Positions 38,813-48,272 of a DNA stretch of 64,000 nucleotides are shown here, in pieces. The notes beneath the pieces are model-generated. The model worked only from the letters and a program-made list of their open reading frames with translations, was not told the origin of the DNA and made no database searches. Within the stretch, counting starts at the first letter, position 1. Every line of letters starts with the position of its first letter. A program made the translations under genes and the position numbers. Source of the stretch: a virus; the IMG/VR virus record IMGVR_UViG_3300009285_005282, positions 55,737-119,736 of that record. The stretch is one strand, 5' to 3'.

Positions 38813-39688
38813 GTGATACGTCACCCCGCTAAGTTCTGGGTCAAGTACCTGCTCGCACTGCGAGCCTACTCCGCCGACCAGATCAAGGCCATGCTGCTGT
38901 TTCGCGATCTGCCCGGTCTGGAGGTGGAGGACATCCAAGCGATCCAGGAGGAGATGGCGTTCCCGGTGTTGCTCCAGGTACGGAACAAGCAGCACGCCGC
39001 CAGCGTCAACTTCGTGCGAAGAGAGCAGATCGTCGCCGCCTGTCACGATACGCAAGAGTGGCGGCTGGCTCTGACGGTCTTGGAGGACGGTCGTCTGCGG
39101 CAAAACGTCGAGACGCTCATCCTCTCCCCCATCCGCGCCGAGTTCGTCGTTCGCAAGTTGCAGCAGAAGTTGGGGTGTCACCAGCTCACCGCCGAGGCGT
39201 TCGAGTGCTACCAACACTACTTCTGGAACCGGTCGAGCCTGACCGGCCCTGAGTGGGGCGCGTTGGCGTTGCGACGTAAGGAGCTCAATGCGGAGTGGGC
39301 ACGGCTGGCGCTCGACGTGCGTGGTCCGTCAGGCGTCGAGCTGTTGCTCTGGCACATGGGCCTGGCGGACCTGCAACGGCAAAACGCGTCGGCGCGGTTC
39401 AACCGGTCGAGGGATGCTGCCTTCATGTTCCTGGGGCGGATCGAGCACGACTTGCCCTCTCGTGACCATTCCCAGATGTTCCTCAACTACGCCAAGGCTG
39501 CGGCACTGATGCAGCGTGCCGCAGACGAGGTGGAGCAAGAGGATACCGACATGGTCAGCGCCTACCGTGCCTTCCACTTGAAGGTCGAGCAAATCGACAA
39601 CCCGTCGATCCTGGAGCTCACCGAGGGCAATTTCTCACCGGCTGAAGGACTGTCCGCCGGTGGGGGGTCTGAGGAGATGGACTATTGA
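38813..39688 (+). CDS. Hypothetical protein
   Basis: 291-aa ORF in operon. Confidence 0.65.
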   Translation: MIRHPAKFWVKYLLALRAYSADQIKAMLLFRDLPGLEVEDIQAIQEEMAFPVLLQVRNKQHAASVNFVRREQIVAACHDTQEWRLALTVLEDGRLRQNVETLILSPIRAEFVVRKLQQKLGCHQLTAEAFECYQHYFWNRSSLTGPEWGALALRRKELNAEWARLALDVRGPSGVELLLWHMGLADLQRQNASARFNRSRDAAFMFLGRIEHDLPSRDHSQMFLNYAKAAALMQRAADEVEQEDTDMVSAYRAFHLKVEQIDNPSILELTEGNFSPAEGLSAGGGSEEMDY

Positions 39689-40068
39689 GCATCCTAGTTC
39701 GATCGGAGCTTCCTGCGCCTGGAGTGGTAAGCGCCGGGGAACCTCCGACGCCCCTACCCATGGGGACCTTCGACGCAGAGTACGTCATCCGCGATGGTGA
39801 CCTGATCGTCCACCTGTACCGGCGGGACGGAGATGAGAAGTTCTTCTGGTTCAAGGACGACCCGGTGACCCTGCGGCAGGCGTTCCTGATGATTTTCCGG
39901 CTGGACGGACGGGAGGAGCAGTTGCAGGTGGAGCTCGTGCCCGAGCTCTACAGCTGGTGCGTTATCGTTCGACAGGTGGCTGGTCTGCACCTACCGAGTC
40001 GAGATACAATTTGGCGTACGCTCGACCTGTTTGAGCGAGCGCGCACGTCGCGTGGAGGACCAGAATGA
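39685..40068 (+). CDS. Hypothetical protein
   Basis: GAGGAG RBS, overlapping start. Confidence 0.6.
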   Translation: MSILVRSELPAPGVVSAGEPPTPLPMGTFDAEYVIRDGDLIVHLYRRDGDEKFFWFKDDPVTLRQAFLMIFRLDGREEQLQVELVPELYSWCVIVRQVAGLHLPSRDTIWRTLDLFERARTSRGGPE

Positions 40069-40796
40069 ACTTCCAGGGGTTTGCTGACGAGTTGTTCAAA
40101 ATTGCAGCGAGGTCTCTCGCCAAGGACTTTGCGGCTGGGATAGACCCAACAGGAGCAGTTACGTACGACTAGGGTGGCGGACGCCGATTCCCCAGGAGGG
40201 CGCGCCCGTCACGCGGTCGCTACCGCAGGCGGATTGGTGGGGGTGCCGCCGCACTTCCCTCTGTGATCTCCGGGATCGTGGGTGCAGGGCAGGCTGCGGC
40301 CAAAGCTCCTGGTGGGGTGCGCTCGCGGTTGGCGGCAATACCGGGAGGACTTCTTTACGGGGCCAAGCGCCCATTTACACAGCTTTACCACGGTGGACGC
40401 GCAGCCGCTGTTTTGAGTAAAGCTCAACGGGTAGGCGCACAGGGGCTATCCGACGCGGATGTGGGTGCCCTTCGTAAGTTTTGGCATGTTGCTGTGCCTG
40501 ACGACCTTGAACGTACCGTAGCCCCCCACCTAACCCCCGGGATGCGCGCTATGGCCGCAGACCCCGCGACAGCCCGTAGCATACTTGGGTCGCTTCCTCC
40601 CGAACAGATGAAAGCGCTTCACTCGTCTGTCCGAGGGGAGGTTGGTGCAGCAGCTACCGGGCTTGGACTGTCCGGGGCTATTGGGGGCGGCAGCTCTTGG
40701 CTCCAGTACAGACGGGGTCGAGAGGCGGGTGCCCAGCAGCAAGAAGAGCTCCGACGGGCGCGGCTGTCCCCATCCACCGTCACCAATGGAAGTTAG
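40065..40796 (+). pseudogene. Disrupted glycine-zipper cargo gene (or sequencing indels)
   Basis: GGAGG + MNFQGFADELFKIAA leader; TAG at 40170-40172; same frame resumes as ORF 40263-40796. Confidence 0.6.
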
Positions 40797-40870
40797 CCCT
40801 ATCGAGCTGGCTGGGTTGTACGAATGGTGCTGACGCCCCCCCACGCAAGTCTGTCTACGCGGTTATTCCT

Positions 40871-40916
40871 AGCTAAATGGATGCGTGGGGTGACCAGCCG
40901 TCCTCCCGCGCGTCCA
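40871..40916. terminator. Hairpin at convergence of + and - blocks
   Basis: agctaaa then tggatgcgtgggg...cccgcgcgtcca (pairs better on + strand via G-U). Confidence 0.5.
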
Positions 40917-40927
40917 CCTTCTACCAG

Positions 40928-41278
40928 CTAGGTCCCCCTGCAGAACGACGCCAGGTGCCGCGTTACACGCTGTCGCGTCTCCGGCGTCATCGCCGCCAAC
41001 TCCTTGTCAGGGACGTGGCGGACGCGTTCCTCCCACGTCTGCTGGTACACTGACCAGTAGGTCACCGTACCATCCTGGTGACACGTCGCGTGTAACTTCT
41101 CTTCTTCCGTTTTCATTTCCTCCTCCTTCAGCTGACGCGGTGCAAACACCACGTCCCACTTCGGCTCCCGCAGGCAGTGACAAAAGTCGTACCCGCCTCG
41201 CTCCTCTGGTCGGTCGGTCGGCTCTTGTACGAGTCGGTCAGTAAACATCCGATTGAAGGTATCCTGTGTGGACGACAT
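40928..41278 (-). CDS. Hypothetical protein
   Basis: GGAGAGG RBS. Confidence 0.55.
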   Translation of the reverse strand: MSSTQDTFNRMFTDRLVQEPTDRPEERGGYDFCHCLREPKWDVVFAPRQLKEEEMKTEEEKLHATCHQDGTVTYWSVYQQTWEERVRHVPDKELAAMTPETRQRVTRHLASFCRGT

Positions 41279-41308
41279 GCCTCTCCCTTTCGAACAAGGC
41301 GACGGACA

Positions 41309-41662
41309 TCACGGTTGCAGAAAGACCTCGATCAGCGCCTCCCGCTCACCAACGAACCTCCAGTCCGCAAAGTCGCGTTTCCCTTTGGTACGGGTCCGCA
41401 CTACCCGCTCCCCGTTTCGTTCGACCTCGTCACGGATGAGCTGCATGAGCTCGACCCCCTGCTGGTAGGGCAGTTGCACGAACCGGTCGGGGACGTGCCG
41501 GTGAAACCTTACGGGGTAGGTGCACCGCACGCAGAGTCCGTGTTTGGGGTGCTCGGCCTCGAGTACCTTCTCCCCAACTTCAACCGCGAACAGGTCGCCG
41601 TACGCTCCCGCTACTCGCTGCATGAGGGCGTCGAGCCACCCGATTCGGATATCATCAGCCAC
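41309..41662 (-). CDS. Hypothetical protein
   Basis: GGAGG RBS before GTG 41662. Confidence 0.5.
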   Translation of the reverse strand: MADDIRIGWLDALMQRVAGAYGDLFAVEVGEKVLEAEHPKHGLCVRCTYPVRFHRHVPDRFVQLPYQQGVELMQLIRDEVERNGERVVRTRTKGKRDFADWRFVGEREALIEVFLQP

Positions 41663-41940
41663 TTCTTTACCTCCGTGTCCAAAGTCTCCAAGGGGTTGAG
41701 CCCCACACCGCTGATAACCTGGTACAACCGTCGACGAACGTCGTCGGCCAGTTGCTCCCGAGCTGTCGCCGGACAAACGAACCGTCCCTCCTGGTCAACG
41801 CCGCAGGTCAGCACCACACCTTCTGCTCCTACTACCTGACCAACGTTGTTTGAGCCGTCCCAAACGAGCACGTAGTGGTGCACGGGGCACCACCCCTTCA
41901 CGTCACGAAGTCTCCGGCAGAGACACGATCCCAACCTCAT
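41611..41940 (-). CDS. Hypothetical Cys-containing protein
   Basis: AGGAGG RBS directly downstream of TATAAG at 41961. Confidence 0.55.
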   Translation of the reverse strand: MRLGSCLCRRLRDVKGWCPVHHYVLVWDGSNNVGQVVGAEGVVLTCGVDQEGRFVCPATAREQLADDVRRRLYQVISGVGLNPLETLDTEVKKWLMISESGGSTPSCSE

Positions 41941-41960
41941 CTTACCTCCTTGGGGAGGTA

Positions 41961-41984
41961 CTTATACCGGAATAGAGTATACTG
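41961..41984. promoter_or_regulatory. Back-to-back promoters (leftward GGTATAAG; rightward -10-like TATACT)
   Basis: cttataccggaatagagtatactg between divergent genes. Confidence 0.55.
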
Positions 41985-41990
41985 CGACCA

Positions 41991-44900
41991 ATGTCCACGC
42001 AGGACCTAGAACAGTACCAACGCGCCATCAGCGCCCTTCACTCCCAGGAGCTCGACCAGACGCTGGAAGACCAGATCGACGCCGAGATGGCTCGGTTGAA
42101 CGAAGAGGACTTCAGCGACGCCGCGATGGAGGAGGCGGTCTTTCCGCAGCTTGTCTCAGCTCGTGCAGAGGCGGAACAGGTTCACGTGCTCCCCTCGGAG
42201 TTTACAGAGTTCGCTCAGCGCATCCCGGTTGGCGGAGAGATCACCAGGTTCAGCTTCGAGGGGAGGCGTTACCTCAAGCAGCCGTACGATACCAGCGCGA
42301 ATCGTATCCTACTAAAATTTTCTCGTCAAAGTGAGAAAAGTCTAGTAGAGCACTCCATGGTCCTTCTTGCTGACGGCAGCGAGACGCCAATCTCGGAGGT
42401 GCGGGTTGGCGACTGGGTGGTGACCATGCTCCCCGACGGAGCACACACCAGCGTCAGCCGAGTGACGTGGAAGTCCGAACGTTACCGGAAACCCTGTGTG
42501 CGTATCCGTACCCAGCGATGCCTGTCCGCCGACGCGGCGGTGACGCACCCCTTTCGCCGATGGGGGCGCTGGACACCCGCGGGGGAGCTCAAGATTGGGG
42601 ATCGTGTTGCCACGGTGCGCCGTGCTGGTCTTTTCACGTCCGAAGCACCAGCACTAGCTGACAACCACATCAAGTTCGTTGCGTACATGATCGGGGATGG
42701 TTGCTGCGGCTGCTCGAACAATTTTTCCTTTACCCAGCAACCTGGTTTGGTGCTGGACGACTTCCTCACCATTGCGCACCAAGAGCAGTGGCCAGTCCGA
42801 ATAGCCGATAAGAGCGGGACACGCGCCAAGCAGGTACACGTTGGCAAGATTACAACCGCACGCACATGGCTGAAGGAGGGGGGCTTGTGGTTGTGCCGGT
42901 CTGCCGATAAGGCTCTTCCGGCGTGGGTGTGGGACCTGCCCCGAACGCAGGCCGCGCTCTTTCTGAATCGGCTATGGTCCACAGACGGGAGCGTTCTTCT
43001 GCACGGTCACCAGTATGAAATTGTCTACTCCTCCATTTCTCGCACGTTGGTCAGGGGGGTGCAGCGTCTGCTGTGGAAGTTTGGCATCCCGTCACGGATA
43101 CGCGAGCTACACCCACAAGTGTACCGAGGGTCGAATAAATGTGCGTACATTCTTGCAGTACAAACACAACCGGGGATAGTGCAGTTTCTCACCGAGGTGG
43201 GGGCACTTGGTAAGTCGGAAGATATTCCACTTCCCTCGATGGCACCAAACAACAACCAAGACACGTTCCCGGTGGAGATCACACAGGACCTACACGCTGT
43301 CAACGCCAGTGGTGGCAGCGGGGGCCGCGGACGCAACGCCACGTACTCGTTGAGCTCGGCGGGTTTGACCGCGACACCAAGTTACCCACCGTCACGTAGG
43401 CGGTTGCAGGAGTATGTTGATTTCTTTCGTGGTCACCCGCGTTACGACCAGAACCTGGTGGACCAGCTTGCCGCGCATCTTGACACGGACCTGTACTGGG
43501 ATCGGGTTATTGGCGTGGAGGACATTGGGGAGCAGTGGTGTTACGACATCGCGATTGAAGAGGATGAGAGCTTTGTCACGGACGGGCTGGTAACACACAA
43601 TTCAACCCTACTAGGTAACAAATTACTGGCTTACGCGGCGATCATCCCCGCGTTCGCCGGGCTGTACGTTTCCTCCTCGGCCACCCAAGCGCAGGTGTTC
43701 TCGGTTGACCGGTTGAAGGACCCCATCGAGCTGTCGCCCGAGCTTGGGCGGTTGGTCCACAACAACCTGTCGCAGAACGTTCTGTTCAAGCAGTTCCGCA
43801 ACCGTTCCCAGATCCGTATCCGGTACGCTTTCCTACATGCCGACCGCACCCGCGGTATCCGGGCGGACGCGGTGACGGTTGACGAGATCCAGGACATCCT
43901 TTTCCACAACATCCCCGTTATCGAGCAGTGCGCCAGCCACTCCGAACTGAAACTGTTTTGCTACAGCGGCACCCCTAAGAGCCTGGACAACACCATCGAA
44001 GTGTACTGGGCCAACCACTCCACTCAGAACGAGTGGGCAGTGCCCTGTGAACGTCACGGCGTCCCTGGGAGACCGAGCTCATGGCACTGGAACATCCTGG
44101 GCAGGGCTAACGTTGGCAGGACCGGACCTATCTGCGCCAAGTGCGGTGCGCCGATTGACCCCATGCACCCCCGGGCACAGTGGGTCAGCCTGCAACCACG
44201 GACGGACGTCAATCAGGACCGGGTGACATTCGAGGGCTACCACGTCAGTCAGCTCATGGTGCCGTGGGTGGTTGCCAACGCCGCGACCTGGCATGAGTCG
44301 ATCATCTTTCCGTTGGAGACCTATGAAGTTGCTCGGGTCAACAACGAGGTGTTCGGGCTGTCCTACGACTCAGGCACACGCCCCGTCACCCGTAAGCACT
44401 TGGAAGCGTGCTGCCGCGACGAGATCAGCATGGACCGCGTGCGGGAGCTCGCGCAGGAGGCGCAGCAGTACGGTGGGGTCGCGGCGGGTATCGACTGGGG
44501 TGGGGGCGGTGACCAGGGGGCTTCGTACACCGTGCTCTCGCTGGGCGGGTACTTGGGGCATGAGTTTCAGATCTTCTTTCTACATCGGTTTATCGGTGAG
44601 GACCTGGACCCCCATCGGCAGCTGCTCAAGATCGCCCAGCTGCTCAACGATGTGCAGTTCCGTATCTGCGGCTGCGACTACGGCGGGGGCTTTCACCCCA
44701 ACGCGTGGCTAGAACGTAACTTTCCCCGCAAGGTGCTGCGGTACCAGTACGCGGGCAACCCCAAGGCGAAGGTCAAGTGGGAACCCGCGCTGGGTAGGTT
44801 CATCCTGCACCGCACCGAGGTGATGAGCGATGTGTTCAACGCGCTGCGCAGCCGCCGGATCTGGTTGCCCCGAGTTGCGGAGTGCCGCTCCCCGTACTTG

Positions 44901-45089
44901 GAGGACGTCCTCAACATCTTCTCCGAGTACTCCCGGCTTACTAACATGACCCAGTACAAAATCAGCCCCGGCAAGTCCGACGACACATTGCACTCCATCC
45001 TGTACTGCCTTCTTGCCTCATTCGTCATCCGACGTCGGCTCGACCTGATCGTCCCGCTCAGCCCGTTGGATGTGCAGCTGCCTCAGTAA
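41991..45089 (+). CDS. terL: Terminase large subunit (gpA-like) with intein
   Basis: SRQSEK|ST Walker A, RTRGI, VDEIQD Walker B, SGTPK, GIDWGGG and DD..HS nuclease motifs. Confidence 0.85.
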   Translation: MSTQDLEQYQRAISALHSQELDQTLEDQIDAEMARLNEEDFSDAAMEEAVFPQLVSARAEAEQVHVLPSEFTEFAQRIPVGGEITRFSFEGRRYLKQPYDTSANRILLKFSRQSEKSLVEHSMVLLADGSETPISEVRVGDWVVTMLPDGAHTSVSRVTWKSERYRKPCVRIRTQRCLSADAAVTHPFRRWGRWTPAGELKIGDRVATVRRAGLFTSEAPALADNHIKFVAYMIGDGCCGCSNNFSFTQQPGLVLDDFLTIAHQEQWPVRIADKSGTRAKQVHVGKITTARTWLKEGGLWLCRSADKALPAWVWDLPRTQAALFLNRLWSTDGSVLLHGHQYEIVYSSISRTLVRGVQRLLWKFGIPSRIRELHPQVYRGSNKCAYILAVQTQPGIVQFLTEVGALGKSEDIPLPSMAPNNNQDTFPVEITQDLHAVNASGGSGGRGRNATYSLSSAGLTATPSYPPSRRRLQEYVDFFRGHPRYDQNLVDQLAAHLDTDLYWDRVIGVEDIGEQWCYDIAIEEDESFVTDGLVTHNSTLLGNKLLAYAAIIPAFAGLYVSSSATQAQVFSVDRLKDPIELSPELGRLVHNNLSQNVLFKQFRNRSQIRIRYAFLHADRTRGIRADAVTVDEIQDILFHNIPVIEQCASHSELKLFCYSGTPKSLDNTIEVYWANHSTQNEWAVPCERHGVPGRPSSWHWNILGRANVGRTGPICAKCGAPIDPMHPRAQWVSLQPRTDVNQDRVTFEGYHVSQLMVPWVVANAATWHESIIFPLETYEVARVNNEVFGLSYDSGTRPVTRKHLEACCRDEISMDRVRELAQEAQQYGGVAAGIDWGGGGDQGASYTVLSLGGYLGHEFQIFFLHRFIGEDLDPHRQLLKIAQLLNDVQFRICGCDYGGGFHPNAWLERNFPRKVLRYQYAGNPKAKVKWEPALGRFILHRTEVMSDVFNALRSRRIWLPRVAECRSPYLEDVLNIFSEYSRLTNMTQYKISPGKSDDTLHSILYCLLASFVIRRRLDLIVPLSPLDVQLPQ
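42339..43601 (+). mobile_element. Intein 3 (421 aa, Ser1) with LAGLIDADG endonuclease in terminase Walker A
   Basis: SLVEHSMVLLADG..., VTHPF, YMIGDG, LWSTDG, ends VTHN with +1 Ser. Confidence 0.9.
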
Positions 45090-45094
45090 TACCC

Positions 45095-45150
45095 AGCTAA
45101 AAACGTGGGGCACCGCGTCCAGCAGCCGGAGCTGTTAGACGCGGTGCCCC
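45095..45150 (-). terminator. Long hairpin terminator at convergence
   Basis: ggggcaccgcgtc...gacgcggtgcccc; minus strand continues ACGTTTTTAGCT. Confidence 0.7.
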
Positions 45151-45158
45151 CCGGCGGG

Positions 45159-45386
45159 CTAGGGGACGGGGAGAGCGTCGACGTTGATTTCCACCGACGA
45201 GGGCTCGGTGGCGATGATCGCCACCTCCACCCCCCCTCCCGCCAGGGTCCCACCACCAACAAACCACCAGGGGTTGACCCCCGGCGCTATGAGCTCACCG
45301 GCGAGTTTGCCGATGAGTGCCCCAAAAGCACTCGAACGCGCCACCCTCAGAATTTTGTATCCGATGTGTTCCACGGTAACCTCCAC
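45159..45386 (-). CDS. Small hypothetical protein
   Basis: ORF between pentapeptide gene and terminator. Confidence 0.45.
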   Translation of the reverse strand: MEVTVEHIGYKILRVARSSAFGALIGKLAGELIAPGVNPWWFVGGGTLAGGGVEVAIIATEPSSVEINVDALPVP

Positions 45387-45391
45387 AATTC

Positions 45392-46357
45392 TTATCCCGT
45401 TTCCCCCTTCGGTTTTTCACGCCACCCCGGACATTTTTCGTCCAGGACCATCTCAGCCAGGCGAAGTGCGGATTTTGCCGGACCGGGAGACCACAATGCG
45501 GTCCGCTGCTGAAAGTTGGCCGAGCGCGTCCAACAGACCGCGGAGTACGGGCAGGGACCATCCTTAGCCCACGTGCTGAACGCCCTTCCACCTTTGGGGT
45601 GCGAGGCGGCGTCGTACCGCATCAGTTCCACGCAGAGATCGTCCGACACTACCTCCCAATCGGCCATCAACACCATCTGAGGTGAGGGCAGCGCCGTAGC
45701 ACCTAACTTTGCGTAGTTGAGGTCCGCCTCAAGCAGGTTAGTCTCCTGCAGGTCAGCCTCGCGCAAGTCGGCTCTGGTCAAGCGCGCGAGTCGCAGGTCG
45801 GCCCCGCGCAGGTTGGCCCCCCGCAGGTCTGCCCTACGTAGGTCTGCTCGCTGTAGGTTCGCGCCACACAGTAGGGCTTTCACCAAGCGCGCTTCGGTCA
45901 AGTCGGCCCTGCGTAGGTCAGCCTCACGTAGATCGGCCCCATGTAGGTCAGCCCCATATAGGTTGGCCTCGCGAAGACTGGCCCCGCTGAGGCGAACCCA
46001 GTGTAGATCGGCTTCGTATAGGTTGGCCCCGCGTAGATTGGCCGCGTATAGATCGGCCTCGCGTAGATTGGCCCCGCGTAGACCGGCCCGGTGTAGGCTA
46101 GCCTCGCGAAGGTCGGCCCCGTGTAGGTCAGCCCCGCATAGGTCAGCCCAACGTAGGTTGGCCCCAAGTAGGTTTGCCCCGCTCAGGTCAGCCCCGCGTA
46201 AGTTGGCCTTGTAGAGGACAGCCTCGCACAAGCCGGCCCCGTGTAGGTTGGCTTCTTGGAGGTTTCGCGTCGCCCAGTTTGGAATTCCCTGATCGAGCTC
46301 CTCACGTTCCAGCCCTGTGAGCTCTCTCAATCCTTGCCCTGTCTGCTGTTCTGGCAT
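45392..46357 (-). CDS. Pentapeptide-repeat protein, copy A
   Basis: About 35-40 A[DN]Lxx repeats plus a unique ~95-aa C-terminal domain. Confidence 0.9.
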   Translation of the reverse strand: MPEQQTGQGLRELTGLEREELDQGIPNWATRNLQEANLHGAGLCEAVLYKANLRGADLSGANLLGANLRWADLCGADLHGADLREASLHRAGLRGANLREADLYAANLRGANLYEADLHWVRLSGASLREANLYGADLHGADLREADLRRADLTEARLVKALLCGANLQRADLRRADLRGANLRGADLRLARLTRADLREADLQETNLLEADLNYAKLGATALPSPQMVLMADWEVVSDDLCVELMRYDAASHPKGGRAFSTWAKDGPCPYSAVCWTRSANFQQRTALWSPGPAKSALRLAEMVLDEKCPGWREKPKGETG

Positions 46358-46374
46358 CTCGACCTTCCTCCTCC

Positions 46375-46408
46375 CGGTCTAACAACGGCCGGCTGGATCT
46401 TACAACCA
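46375..46408 (-). repeat. Duplicated leader upstream of both pentapeptide genes (other copy 47411-47442)
   Basis: Minus strand GGTT[GA]TAAG[AG]TCCAGCCGGCCGTTGTTAGACC. Confidence 0.8.
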
Positions 46409-46421
46409 ACATTGGCAATTC

Positions 46422-47387
46422 CTACTCCGTTTCCTTCTCTGCTTTTTCACGCCACCCCGGACACTTCTCGTCCAGGACCATCTCAGCCAGGCGAAGTGCG
46501 GATTTTGCTGGCCCTGGAGACCACAGCTCTGCCCGTTGCTCGAAGTTGGCCGCCCGTTCCCATCGAGTGTCGCTGTACGGGCACCAACCACCAGCGACCC
46601 ATACGTTGAACGCCGTCGCACCTTCCGGATGTGAGGCGGCGTCGTAGCGCATCAACTCCGTGCAGAGGTCGTCCGACACCTGATACCAGCCTGCTAGCAG
46701 CACCATCGGCGGGGAGGGCAGCCTCGCGAGGCGCAGGTTCGCACCGTGGAGGTGCGCCCGATACAGGTTTGCCCCACACAGATCAGCGCTCTGGAGGTTT
46801 GCCCCGTTCAGGTCTGCCCCGTTCAGGTTTGCCCCACACAGATCAGCGCTCTGGAGGTCTGCCCCGTTCAGGTCTGCCCCGCTCAGGTCAGCTTCGTGCA
46901 GGTCTGCCCTACACAGCTTGGTGTTCAGGAATTCCGCTCGGTGTAGGTTCGCCATACGCAGCGTGGTTTCCACCAAGCGGGCCCTGTTCAGATGTGCCCA
47001 GCATAAGGCAGCACCGTATAGACTCGCTTCGCGTAGGTCGGTTCTGGCTAGGTGGGACCACCGTAGATCGGCGTGGTCTAAGTTGGCTTTTCGCAGGTTA
47101 GCCCCGTACAGGTCAACCTCGCGCAGGTTTGCTCTCTGCAGGTCTGCCCACCGCAAGTTGGCGTTGCGTAGGTTGGCACGGTGCAGGTTTGCCTCGCTCA
47201 GGAGGGCCCCACGCAAGTCAGCCTCACGCAGGTTAGCCCCACGCAGGTCAGCCCCGCACAGGTTTGCCTCGTGCAAATCCGCTCGGGTCAAGCATCGTCC
47301 CTGCCACCTCGGAGCGCCCCTGGTACGCTCTTCAAGCTCCTGCGCTGTCAGCTCTCTCGACCTCTTCAACTTCTTTAGCGTTCTCAT
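46422..47387 (-). CDS. Pentapeptide-repeat protein, copy B
   Basis: Same architecture and length (321 aa); shared ELMRYDAASHP...WSPGPAKSALRLAEMVLDEKCPGWREK. Confidence 0.9.
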   Translation of the reverse strand: MRTLKKLKRSRELTAQELEERTRGAPRWQGRCLTRADLHEANLCGADLRGANLREADLRGALLSEANLHRANLRNANLRWADLQRANLREVDLYGANLRKANLDHADLRWSHLARTDLREASLYGAALCWAHLNRARLVETTLRMANLHRAEFLNTKLCRADLHEADLSGADLNGADLQSADLCGANLNGADLNGANLQSADLCGANLYRAHLHGANLRLARLPSPPMVLLAGWYQVSDDLCTELMRYDAASHPEGATAFNVWVAGGWCPYSDTRWERAANFEQRAELWSPGPAKSALRLAEMVLDEKCPGWREKAEKETE

Positions 47388-47475
47388 TCGTCACTTCTCC
47401 TTTCGACCTTGGTCTAACAACGGCCGGCTGGACCTTATAACCAATTAGGATGAGCTAGCAGCAGAACGGTCCGCG

Positions 47476-48219
47476 CTAACCAAGAAGAGGGAGGTGGCCG
47501 CGTCGAGGGCCACAAAGTTGCTTGGCAAGCTCGTCGAACGCATCAACGTCTTGCGCCGCCATTACGGCGAGGAGCTCACGGCTCGGCCCGAGCAGAGCCT
47601 TTTGCTCTATAAACATTATAGCGATTGTTTGCAGGTTCTTGCGCGCCATCCAGAGCAGGTCGTGCAGTTGCTGCACCCTCAGCTCGGTTTTCAACGTTTC
47701 CTGCCGTCCTACGAAGCGGGTCAGCTTCAGGCAGAGCTGGTAGAAGGGCAGCCAGCCGTTGGTCAGCCCCAACAGGTCGTTGAGTCGGTCGACGTCGATC
47801 TCGCTGAGGCGAATGAACACCTCGGCCAGGCTGAGCATTCGTTCCATGGTCCACGTTGTGTTGCCGCACTCCTGCACGACGTTGCGGTAGATCTGCGCCA
47901 GCTCGATGTCGCTGAGCCCGACAAAGCGGGAGGCACTGAGACCGTTCACTTCGTAGAGCAGCTCCAGGGAGCTCTTGAGCCGACTCACCTCCCGCTCCAG
48001 CAGCAGTACCTTACGCACCAGCGCGCCTGGGCGCATCATTCCGGCGAGGTTCAGCTGATGTATCTCGACCAGGTCCTCTTGCTGTACCTCCCATCCGCCG
48101 GTGTCGGTAGAGCGTCGGCGAAGGAGACCCTCGTCACAAAGTTGCTCCACGCGCTCCGTGGTCACGCCGAGCAGCTCCGAAGCGTGCTCTGGAGATACGA
48201 ATTTGGGTTGACTTTCCAT
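47476..48219 (-). CDS. MerR/excisionase-like HTH protein
   Basis: VSPEHASELLGVTTERVEQLCDEGLL then coiled coil; own TATAAG at 48245. Confidence 0.7.
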   Translation of the reverse strand: MESQPKFVSPEHASELLGVTTERVEQLCDEGLLRRRSTDTGGWEVQQEDLVEIHQLNLAGMMRPGALVRKVLLLEREVSRLKSSLELLYEVNGLSASRFVGLSDIELAQIYRNVVQECGNTTWTMERMLSLAEVFIRLSEIDVDRLNDLLGLTNGWLPFYQLCLKLTRFVGRQETLKTELRVQQLHDLLWMARKNLQTIAIMFIEQKALLGPSRELLAVMAAQDVDAFDELAKQLCGPRRGHLPLLG

Positions 48220-48244
48220 AATGCTCCTTCATGTGTTAGGTTAG

Positions 48245-48272
48245 CTTATAGCAGCTGCTTGGTATAGTATAC
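48245..48272. promoter_or_regulatory. Back-to-back promoters (leftward GCTATAAG; rightward GGTATAGT)
   Basis: cttatagcagctgcttggtatagtatac between divergent genes. Confidence 0.55.

Noticed and set aside
40170-40172. Genome-wide TAG reassignment
   Set aside because: TAG cleanly ends RNAP, MCP, polA and others; simple readthrough gives an implausible Arg-rich stretch
45414-46525. Near-identical 3' segments of the pentapeptide genes as a DGR template/variable repeat pair
   Set aside because: No reverse transcriptase in the window; differences are mostly synonymous and not adenine-specific; whole-gene duplication explains them
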